From Nakamurella lactea (GTDB lineage: Bacteria; Actinomycetota; Actinomycetes; Mycobacteriales; Nakamurellaceae), in the NCBI GenBank assembly GCA_044463405.1, contig JBIQML010000001.1, forward strand, positions 1-38,458: a stretch of 38,458 nt of DNA, given 5' to 3'. This document shows, piece by piece, positions 27,454 to 35,412 of this stretch. The position numbers were made by a program, and so were the translations under genes. The notes beneath the pieces were generated by a model that was not told where the DNA came from, did no database searches, and saw only the letters and a list, made by a program, of their open reading frames with translations. How positions within the stretch are numbered: position 1 is the first letter of the stretch; every line of letters starts with the position of its first letter.

Positions 27454-28724
27454 TGACGGGGATCGACGACACGCTCGCCGACGAGGGGGAACGCCGGATC
27501 GTCTGGGCGGCACGGCATTCCCCGGTGATGCACTCGCTGGTCACCGACCGGCTGGCGGACGGGGCACTGACCGGGCGACGGCTGGCCGTGGTCGTGCACC
27601 TGGAGGCCAAGACCGCGCACCTGGCCGCCCTGCTCGCCGAGGCCGGCGCGGACGTGGTGGTCGCCGGCAGCAACCCCGCCACCACGGACGACGCCGTGTG
27701 CGCCGCGCTGCGCCGCCGGGGCCTGCCGGTGCACGGCCGGCACGGCGCCGACCCGGCGGAGTTCGAGCGGGACCTGTTGGCGGCGGCGGACTTCCAGCCG
27801 GAACTGATCATCGATGACGGGGCCGAGCTGACCAGCCGCATCGAACGGCACCGGCCGGACCTGTTCGACGCGCTGGCCGGCGTCAGCGAGCAGACCACCA
27901 CCGGCGTGGCCCGGCTGCGCGCGCTCGCCGAACGGCATCCGTTGCCGTTCGGGGCCATCGCCGCCAACGACGCCCGCTGCAAGCACCTGTTCGACAACCG
28001 TTACGGCACCGGGCAGACCGCCCTGTCGGCGGTGCTGCGGTTGACCAACCTGCTGGCCTCCGGCCGGCGCTGGTGCGTCGTCGGCTACGGCTGGGTCGGC
28101 AAGGGCCTGGCCCGCTACGCCGAGGGCGCCGGGGGCAGGGTCACCGTGGTGGAGACCGACCCGGTCGCGGCCCTGGAGGCGCACATGGACGGCCACGACG
28201 TGGCGTCGCTGGCCGGCGCGCTGCCGGACGCCGACGTGGTGATCACCGCGACCGGGGGCGCCGGCGCGGTGCGCACCGAGCACCTGCCGCTGGTCAAGGA
28301 CGGCGCCCTGCTGGCCAACGCCGGGCACGACGACCAGGAGATCGACGTCGCCGGGTTGCAGCGCCTGGCCGAGTCCGTGGAGCAGGCCCGCGAGGGCGTG
28401 ACGCGGTACGTGCTGCCGGGCGGGCGGCGGCTGCACCTGCTGGTGGGCGGCTCCCTGGTGAACATCGCCGGCGCGCGCGGACACCCGATCGAGATCATGG
28501 ACCTGTCGTTCGCTGTGCAGGCCACCGCGATCCACCACCTGGCCTCCGGCGGGATGCCGCCCGGGCTGCACGCGTTCCCGGCGGAACTGGACGCGGCGAT
28601 CGCCCGGACCAAGCTGACCTCGCTGGGCATCGACATCGAGCCCAGCACGGCCGCCGCGCACGTCCGTGCCGCCGTCAGCGAGGCCGGAGCAGCCGAGGCC
28701 GGAGCGTCGGGGGATGCGTCATGA
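27450..28724 (+). CDS. ahcY: Adenosylhomocysteinase (SAH/SIH hydrolase) family, paralogue 1
   Basis: VHLEAKT, IIDDGAE, SEQTTTG, NDARCKHLFDNRYGTG, GYGWVGKG, NAGHD, GHPIEIMDLSF. ATGA overlap with the BMP stop. Confidence 0.88.
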   Translation: MMTGIDDTLADEGERRIVWAARHSPVMHSLVTDRLADGALTGRRLAVVVHLEAKTAHLAALLAEAGADVVVAGSNPATTDDAVCAALRRRGLPVHGRHGADPAEFERDLLAAADFQPELIIDDGAELTSRIERHRPDLFDALAGVSEQTTTGVARLRALAERHPLPFGAIAANDARCKHLFDNRYGTGQTALSAVLRLTNLLASGRRWCVVGYGWVGKGLARYAEGAGGRVTVVETDPVAALEAHMDGHDVASLAGALPDADVVITATGGAGAVRTEHLPLVKDGALLANAGHDDQEIDVAGLQRLAESVEQAREGVTRYVLPGGRRLHLLVGGSLVNIAGARGHPIEIMDLSFAVQATAIHHLASGGMPPGLHAFPAELDAAIARTKLTSLGIDIEPSTAAAHVRAAVSEAGAAEAGASGDAS

Positions 28725-29965
28725 GCGGCCCATCCACCACCGCAGGTGCTGATGCCGGCGGCCTTCGCATCGACTGGGCCGCGAGCTGGGCCCCGGTGCT
28801 CACCGGCGTCGGCGACGACCTGGCCGCGGACGGCAGCGTCCGGGGACGCCGGGTGGCGATCGTGCTGCCCATCGAGCCCAAGACGGCCTACCTGGCGGTG
28901 ACGCTGGCCCGGGCCGGCGCGGACGTCACCGTGACGTCCCCCGGTGCGCTGGTGGACGGCGACGTCGCCGCCGCCCTGGCCGCGCGGGGTGTGCGGGTGC
29001 TGGCGCGGCCGGACAGCACGCCCGACCAGCAACGGGAGTTCTACGGGCAGGTGCTGGACTCCCACCCCGAGGCGATCGTCGACGATCGCGCCGACCTGAT
29101 CCGGATGGCGCACACCACCCACACCCACGCCCTGGACCACCTGCTGGGCGCCGCGGAGGAGACCACCTCCGGGGTCAGCACCCTGCGCGCGATGCACGCC
29201 GACGGGGCGCTGCGGGTGCCGTGCCTGGCCGTCAACGACGCCCGCTGCAAGCACCTGTTCGACAACCATTACGGCTCCGGCCAATCGGTGCTGGCGGCGA
29301 TCGCCGACAACACCAACATGCTGATCGCCGGAGCCCGCCTGGTGATCGTCGGCTACGGGTGGGTCGGCAAGGGCCTGGCACGCCGCGCCCGCGGGATGGG
29401 TGCGCGGATCACCGTCTGCGAGATCGATCCGTTCGCCGCGCTGCAGGCACACCACGACGGATTCGGCGTGGCACGGCTGGCCGATGCGGCGGCGAGCGCC
29501 GACCTGGTGATCACCACCAGCGGCTGCCCGGCCACCCTGGCCGGGGACGTCCTGGACGCGCTGCCGGACGGCGCGGTGATCGCCAACGCCAGCGGCATCG
29601 ACGACGAGATCGACATGGCCGACCTGACGGCCAGGGCCACCGCCACCCGGGAGGTGCAGCCGCAGGTCGTGGAGTACCGCATGCCCAGCGGCCGGTCGAT
29701 CTTCGTGATCGGCGACGGCGTGGTGGTCAACCTGTCCGCCGGCGAGGGCCACCCGGTGGAGATCATGGACGTCACCTTCGCCGCGCAGGCGCTGGCCGTG
29801 CGGCACCTGCTCACCCGGGGCCGCGACCTGTCGCCGGGGCTGCAGCCGCTGCCGGAACGGATCGACCGGGACGTCGCGGTGCGCGCGGTCGCAGCGCTCG
29901 GGCTGGACCTGGACGCCGTCACCGACCACCAGCGCGAGCTGATGGCCGCGTGGAGTGGCCGGTGA
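28721..29965 (+). CDS. Adenosylhomocysteinase-like protein, divergent paralogue 2
   Basis: LPIEPKT, IVDDRAD, EETTSG, NDARCKHLFDNHYGSG, GYGWVGKG, GHPVEIMDVTF. ATGA overlap with paralogue 1. Confidence 0.85.
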   Translation: MSGPSTTAGADAGGLRIDWAASWAPVLTGVGDDLAADGSVRGRRVAIVLPIEPKTAYLAVTLARAGADVTVTSPGALVDGDVAAALAARGVRVLARPDSTPDQQREFYGQVLDSHPEAIVDDRADLIRMAHTTHTHALDHLLGAAEETTSGVSTLRAMHADGALRVPCLAVNDARCKHLFDNHYGSGQSVLAAIADNTNMLIAGARLVIVGYGWVGKGLARRARGMGARITVCEIDPFAALQAHHDGFGVARLADAAASADLVITTSGCPATLAGDVLDALPDGAVIANASGIDDEIDMADLTARATATREVQPQVVEYRMPSGRSIFVIGDGVVVNLSAGEGHPVEIMDVTFAAQALAVRHLLTRGRDLSPGLQPLPERIDRDVAVRAVAALGLDLDAVTDHQRELMAAWSGR

Positions 29966-31356
29966 CGGGAGCTCGGGCGGGCCAGCCGGTGACGGGAGAC
30001 CTGGCAGACCCAGCGGTGACGGGCCCACCGGCCGGCGCCGGATCGGGCGGGGGTGTCCGCTACCGGGCGGACGCCGTGGTCACCGTCACCGACCGGGTGC
30101 GCGTGCACCGACCCGGGGTGGTCGATGTGGTCGACGGCCGGGTGGTGACCGCCGGTACGCCGCACCCGGGCTCCGCACCCCCGGGTCCGGAGCGGCGGCT
30201 GTCCGGCCTGCTGATGCCCGGCATGATCAACACCCACGCGCACGGGCCGATGACGCTGTTCCGCGGTGCTGCGGAGGACGTGCCGCTGTCCGCGTTCCTC
30301 ACCGAGGTGCTCTGGCCGCGGGAGGCGCACCTGTCCGATGAGGACGTGTACTGGGGCATGACGCTGGCCTGCGCCGAGATGCTGCGCAGCGGCGTGACCA
30401 CCTCGTGCGAGATGTACTACTTCGAGCAGGGCCTGCTGCACGCCGTGCGGGACTCCCGCACCCGCTGCCTGATCACCCCCGGCGTGGTGGACATCCCGGA
30501 GTGGACCCACCTGGGCAGCTGGCAGCAGCGGCTGACCGCCGTCGCGGACTTCGCCGATGCCAACGCCGTTGTCGACCCGCGGGTGCAGGTCGGGTTTGCC
30601 GCGCACAGCGCGTACGCGCTGCCGCTGGAGGCGCTCGAGCAGACTGCCGCCGCGGCCCGGGAGCGCGACGCGCTGCTGCACATTCACGTCGCCGAAACCC
30701 GGGAGGAGGGCGCCGATCTGGAGCGCGAGCACGGCCGGACGGTGCCGGCGCTGCTGGCGGACCGCGGTGTGCTGGAAGGTCGGGTGCTGGCCGCGCACGG
30801 CGTGCACCTGACCGACGCGGATATCGCGCTGTTCGCCGAGCACGACGTGGCGGTGGCGCACTGCCCGGGCAGCAACGCCAAGCTCGCCGCCGGCACCGCC
30901 CGGCTGACCGACCTGATGGCGGCCGGGATCCGCGTGGGTCTGGGCACGGACGGGCCTGCCTCGCACAACGACCTGAGCCTGTGGCACGAGGTGCGGCTGG
31001 CGCCGCTGCTGGCCAGGCTGCGTTCCGGTGCGGCGTCCACCATCTCGGCCGCGCAGTCCGTCGAGCTGGCCACCGCCGGCGGTGCCCGGGCACTCGGCTA
31101 CGCCGATCTGGGCACCCTCGCGCCGGGTAGCTGGGCCGACATGCTCCTCGTCGACACCGACGATCTCGCCTTCGGCCCGGTGCTGTCGGACACCGACGTG
31201 CTGGCACACCTGGTGTGGGCCTGCACCGACCGGCAGGTCCGCGCGGTATGGGTGGCCGGCGAGCAGGTGGTCGCCGACGGGGCCTGCGTCACCGTGGACG
31301 TCGATCGGGCACGGGCCGAGGTGCAGAACAGAGCCGCAGCGCTGGCCGCTCGCTGA
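29962..31356 (+). CDS. Amidohydrolase, MtaD/DadD-like (SAH/MTA/5'-deoxyadenosine deaminase family)
   Basis: PGMINTHAH, LWPRE, SGVTT..EMY, HSAYA, HIHVAET, AAHGVHL, HCPGSNAKL, GLGTDGPASHN. GTGA overlap with paralogue 2; alternative GTGs at 29989 and 30016. Confidence 0.85.
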   Translation: MTGARAGQPVTGDLADPAVTGPPAGAGSGGGVRYRADAVVTVTDRVRVHRPGVVDVVDGRVVTAGTPHPGSAPPGPERRLSGLLMPGMINTHAHGPMTLFRGAAEDVPLSAFLTEVLWPREAHLSDEDVYWGMTLACAEMLRSGVTTSCEMYYFEQGLLHAVRDSRTRCLITPGVVDIPEWTHLGSWQQRLTAVADFADANAVVDPRVQVGFAAHSAYALPLEALEQTAAAARERDALLHIHVAETREEGADLEREHGRTVPALLADRGVLEGRVLAAHGVHLTDADIALFAEHDVAVAHCPGSNAKLAAGTARLTDLMAAGIRVGLGTDGPASHNDLSLWHEVRLAPLLARLRSGAASTISAAQSVELATAGGARALGYADLGTLAPGSWADMLLVDTDDLAFGPVLSDTDVLAHLVWACTDRQVRAVWVAGEQVVADGACVTVDVDRARAEVQNRAAALAAR

Positions 31357-31387
31357 GCGATGACCCGGCCGACCCGGCGGCGGGGAG

Positions 31388-32776
31388 TCAGGCCGTGGCC
31401 GGGTCGAGTTCGCACGGCACGGTGATCGTCACGATCGTGGGGCCGCCGGTGGGGCTGGCCACCGAGACCGATCCGTCGAACGCGGCCATGCGCCGTTCGA
31501 TGCCCGCCAGCCCGCCGCCCGGGGTGATCTGCGCCCCGCCGACGCCGTCGTCGCCGACCAGCGCGGTGAGCGCGATCCCGTCGTGCCGGAGCCACACCCA
31601 GGTGTGCCGGGCCCCGGCGTACTTCGCGGAGTTGGTCAGCGCCTCGGCCACCGCGAAGTACACCGCCGACTCCACCGGCTCGGGCGCCCGGCCGGACAGC
31701 ACCACGTCGGTCTCGACATCCCGCGGGTGCGCCAACGCCAGTGCCTCGATGCCGCCGGTCAGGCCACGGTCGGCCAGCACCGGGGGATGGATGCCGCGTA
31801 CCAGCGACCGCAGGTCGGCCAGGGCGCTGCGGGAGGACGTGCGAGCCTCGGCGATCAGCGCCGCGGCGGCCTGCGGGTCCCGCGTCACCAGCTCCTCGGC
31901 CAGGCCCAGGTTCATGCCGAGGGCGACCAGCTGTGCCTGCGCACCGTCGTGCAGATCGCGCTCGATCCGGCGCAGCTCGGCGGCCGAATGGTCCACCGAT
32001 TCGGACCGGGACTCCTCCAGCTGCCCGATCCGTTGCTGCAACGCCTGCTCGCCGGACGGGCCGATGATGGCGCGGGTGGTGGACGCCCAGATCCGCAGCA
32101 ACATCGGCGAGAGCCAGTAGCCGATCGGAAAGATGAAGAACGCGATGAGCGCGGACAGGCTGATGGCAAAGCCGAGGCTGATCGCGAAGAACAGGTAGGC
32201 CACGTCGCGCCAGCGCGCCGGGTCTGTCAACGTGGTGTGCAGCCGGATGAAGATCCCGCCGGACGGGGGGCGCCGGTAGGTGGTCCGGATGCGCTCGCCG
32301 AGGATCCGGCCGGCCACGGTGCGGTAGGTGCCCGTCACGCCGCGCATCACACCGGCCGTCGCCAGCCACAGCACCAGCCCGACCCAGGCCACGGCAGAGG
32401 CCACCGAGCCGATGAGCAGGCCGATGGTGAACCAGGCCGGGATGACCAGGAATACCAGCGTCCACGAGATCAGGAAGAGCTGGGGCCGGCCGGCCGGGCG
32501 GCGGCGTCGCGGCGCACCGGATGAATCGGGCGCGTCGGCACCCAACCGGTCGGGTGTCCGATATTCGCTGCTGGCCTCCGGTGCTGCACCGGTCGGGTAG
32601 GGCGGGGAGGGCGGGTACAGCGCCGTCGTCGGATACGACGCCGCGGTGCGGGACGCCTGCTGGTCCGGTGGCGGTGCCTCGACCGGCCAGCCGGGCATGG
32701 TGGGCGCGTCGGGGCCGTACGGCTCGTCGTGCCGCGCGGCATACGCCGGAGGGCCGGCAGGTCGGGGTGCGCTCAC
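31388..32776 (-). CDS. NarL-class (HisKA_3) membrane sensor histidine kinase
   Basis: TM segments, ELRRIERDLHDGAQ, GIHPPVLADRGL, AEALTNSAKY, DDGVGGA..GGGLAG, SPTGGPT. CACAAT just upstream of GTG 32776 suggests a leaderless start. Confidence 0.92.
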   Translation of the reverse strand: MSAPRPAGPPAYAARHDEPYGPDAPTMPGWPVEAPPPDQQASRTAASYPTTALYPPSPPYPTGAAPEASSEYRTPDRLGADAPDSSGAPRRRRPAGRPQLFLISWTLVFLVIPAWFTIGLLIGSVASAVAWVGLVLWLATAGVMRGVTGTYRTVAGRILGERIRTTYRRPPSGGIFIRLHTTLTDPARWRDVAYLFFAISLGFAISLSALIAFFIFPIGYWLSPMLLRIWASTTRAIIGPSGEQALQQRIGQLEESRSESVDHSAAELRRIERDLHDGAQAQLVALGMNLGLAEELVTRDPQAAAALIAEARTSSRSALADLRSLVRGIHPPVLADRGLTGGIEALALAHPRDVETDVVLSGRAPEPVESAVYFAVAEALTNSAKYAGARHTWVWLRHDGIALTALVGDDGVGGAQITPGGGLAGIERRMAAFDGSVSVASPTGGPTIVTITVPCELDPATA

Positions 32777-32808
32777 CCGTTCATTGTGGCCGCTCGGTGG
32801 CTCCACGG

Positions 32809-32853
32809 CAGTGGGGGTAAGCCCCCGATTCGCGCAGGGGTCTACCGCCAGTG
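32809..32853. promoter_or_regulatory. Candidate response-regulator operator between the divergent kinase and htrA genes
   Basis: Palindrome GGGGG-TAAG-CCCCC (32813-32826). CAGTGGGGGTAAGCCCC and the reverse complement of 32837-32853 (CACTGGCGGTAGACCCC) match at 13/17. Confidence 0.45.
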
Positions 32854-33035
32854 GCCCGCGGGCCCGCGCCAACGAGCAGCGGCCCGGAGGCCGTCGATCG
32901 GGCGCGGCGATGCCTGGCCGGCTGATGATCACGCACCGGATCGGACCGCGGGCACCGCCGGGCGGTCGCGGTGCGATGCCGAACCGTGACGTCGTCCCGG
33001 GCGTATTCCCACCCCGATGCCGGGTATTCGTGCAT

Positions 33036-34259
33036 ATGCGTCTGTCACATCGCTCCACCATCGCCGCGGTGACATGCGGACTGGCCCTCCTGCTGTCCGG
33101 ATGCACCTCACAGCCCTCCAGCGTCGGCACCACCGCTGCGTCCTCGGCGGCGGTCGGTTCCGGCACGTCGGGATCCACCCCGGGTCCGGTCGCTCGGTCC
33201 GGCAGCGCCGCCGGGTCCGGGACCGTCGGATCCGCTTCCACAGGATCCGCTTCCGGGGCGTCCGCAGCGGCGTCGGGATCGACCCCGGGCCCGGGCGCGA
33301 CGTCCGCTCCCGCGACCGCCGCCCACGCCGCCCAGGCCCTGCAGAAGGCCTACACCACCGTGTCGGCGCGGATCCTGCCCTCCGTGGTGGAGATCCGCAC
33401 CAGGACCGGCCTCGGGTCGGGCATCGTCTACGACGCCGCCGGGCACATCGTCACCAACCATCACGTGGTCGGTGACGCCACCACGTTTGCCGTCCGGCTG
33501 TCCAACGGGCACTCCTACCAGGGCAGCCTGACAGGCAGCTATCCCGAGGGGGACCTCGCCGTGATCAAGATCGACGGCGCCGAACACCTGCACCCGGCCC
33601 GGTTCGGAGACTCCAGCCAGTTGCAGATCGGCGACATCGTGCTGGCCGTGGGCAACCCCCTCGGCCTGGAGGGCAGCGTCACCGAGGGCATCGTCTCGGC
33701 GGTGGGGCGGACGATGACCGAACCGCCGGCCGGAAACCAGTCCGGAGCAACCCTGCCCAACACGATCCAGACCAGCGCCCCGATCAACCCCGGCAACAGC
33801 GGCGGCGCGCTGGTCAACCTGGCCGGCCAGGTGGTGGGCATCCCGACGCTCGCGGCCACCAGCGGGCAGGAGGGCGGGGCGGCACCGGGCATCGGATTCG
33901 CCATCCCCAGCAACGTCGTCACCGGTATCGCCGACCAGATCATCGAGTACGGCGAGGTCCGCAACACCCACCGGGCCGCGCTGGGGGTCCAGGTCACCAC
34001 CGTCTACGACCAGCGCACCGGCAGCCCCGCCGGCGTCGGCATCGTCGAGGTGAATCCCGGCGGCCCGGCCGCGACCGCGGGGCTGAAGGCCGGCCAGGTG
34101 GTGCTGGCCGTCGACGGCACCAAGACACCGACCACGGCGGTGCTCAGCGAGGTGCTGGCGCAATTCCAACCCGGGGACCAGGTCTCGGTGACGGTGAGCA
34201 CCCGCAGCGGCAACCAGCACACCGTCACCGTCACGCTGGGTCAACTACCGGCCGGCTGA
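33036..34259 (+). CDS. HtrA/S1C serine protease lipoprotein with PDZ domain
   Basis: Lipobox LLSG-C, S/G/A/T linker, LGSGIV..IVTNHHVV, DLAVIK, AVGNPLGL, IQTSAPINPGNSGGAL, PDZ GGPAATAGLK. Confidence 0.92.
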   Translation: MRLSHRSTIAAVTCGLALLLSGCTSQPSSVGTTAASSAAVGSGTSGSTPGPVARSGSAAGSGTVGSASTGSASGASAAASGSTPGPGATSAPATAAHAAQALQKAYTTVSARILPSVVEIRTRTGLGSGIVYDAAGHIVTNHHVVGDATTFAVRLSNGHSYQGSLTGSYPEGDLAVIKIDGAEHLHPARFGDSSQLQIGDIVLAVGNPLGLEGSVTEGIVSAVGRTMTEPPAGNQSGATLPNTIQTSAPINPGNSGGALVNLAGQVVGIPTLAATSGQEGGAAPGIGFAIPSNVVTGIADQIIEYGEVRNTHRAALGVQVTTVYDQRTGSPAGVGIVEVNPGGPAATAGLKAGQVVLAVDGTKTPTTAVLSEVLAQFQPGDQVSVTVSTRSGNQHTVTVTLGQLPAG

Positions 34260-35398
34260 CCGATCCTCGACCGCAGCGTGAGCACGGTGACCTCGCTGGG
34301 CGCGAACACCCGCAGCGGTGGCCCCCAGAACCCGCTGCCCCGGGTGGTGTACAGCACGGTGCGCCCGCCCGGACGGGTCAGCCCGTGCAGGGTCTTCTGG
34401 TCGGCGCGCACCAGCAGGTGAAACGGCCAGATCTGCCCGCCGTGGGTGTGCCCGGATAGCTGCAGGTCGATCCCGGCGGCCACCGCCGCCGCCACCGTCT
34501 TGGGCTGGTGCGACAGCAGCACCACCGGAGCGCCGGCGGGGCTGCCGACCAGTGCCGCATCCAGGTCGGCGCCGTGCCCGGCCACCCCGGACCGGCCGGC
34601 GGTGGCATCGTCGATGCCCGCCAGCACCAGGGCGTCGCCGCCGCGCCGCACGACCACGTGCCGGTTGTGCAGCACCGACCACCCGGCGGCATCCATGTGC
34701 TCGACCCACCCCGGTGCGTCGGAGAAGTACTCGTGGTTGCCGGTGACGTAGATCCGGGCGAGGGTGGCCTTCATGTCCGCCAGCGGTGCCGCCTGTTCCC
34801 GGCGTCGTGGCACCGTCCCGTCCGCGATGTCCCCGGCGTGCGCCAGCACGTCCGCGTCCAGGGAGTTGACCAGGCTCGCTAGCCGGCGCGACCATCCGGC
34901 GCGATCGATCGGGCCGTAGTGGGTGTCCGCGACGAGCACCAGCCGAAGGCCGTCCAGGCCGGCGCCGGCCCGGGCCAGCGACACGTCGATCCGGCGCACC
35001 CGAGGCAGCCGCATCGCCTCCACGAGCCCCCAGCAGCACAGCCCGGCGACGACCGCGAGCACCGCGATCGCCGCCACCCGGGCCGCCACCGTGGAGTCGG
35101 CCCTGGCGTCCACCGCGACGTTGAACCCGAGCGCCCCGAAGATCGACCAGACGAACAGCTGCCAGACGATGCCCAGCCAGGTGTCGCCCGTCATCGCCGC
35201 CGCATCCGAGCCCACCGGGCCGTGACCGAGCAGCATCGCCAGCGGGAAGCCCAGCATGGCGACCACCGTCACCGCCGTGAACGCCACCGTCACGGGCGCC
35301 GGCCACCCCGGCGCCCACACCAGCAGCCACCACGGAAGCCCGTGCAGCAGCGCCAGCACGCCCAGCAGCGCAGCGATGAAACCCAGCCGGCGCAACAC
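34241..35398 (-). CDS. Membrane-anchored metallophosphoesterase (YkuE/YaeI-like)
   Basis: N-terminal TM helices; ADTHYG, AGDIADG, VTGNHEY, LSHQP, LSGHTHGGQ, RGSGFWGPPLR. Confidence 0.9.
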   Translation of the reverse strand: MLRRLGFIAALLGVLALLHGLPWWLLVWAPGWPAPVTVAFTAVTVVAMLGFPLAMLLGHGPVGSDAAAMTGDTWLGIVWQLFVWSIFGALGFNVAVDARADSTVAARVAAIAVLAVVAGLCCWGLVEAMRLPRVRRIDVSLARAGAGLDGLRLVLVADTHYGPIDRAGWSRRLASLVNSLDADVLAHAGDIADGTVPRRREQAAPLADMKATLARIYVTGNHEYFSDAPGWVEHMDAAGWSVLHNRHVVVRRGGDALVLAGIDDATAGRSGVAGHGADLDAALVGSPAGAPVVLLSHQPKTVAAAVAAGIDLQLSGHTHGGQIWPFHLLVRADQKTLHGLTRPGGRTVLYTTRGSGFWGPPLRVFAPSEVTVLTLRSRIGQPAGS

Positions 35399-35412
35399 GG
35401 ATCGACGCCCGC

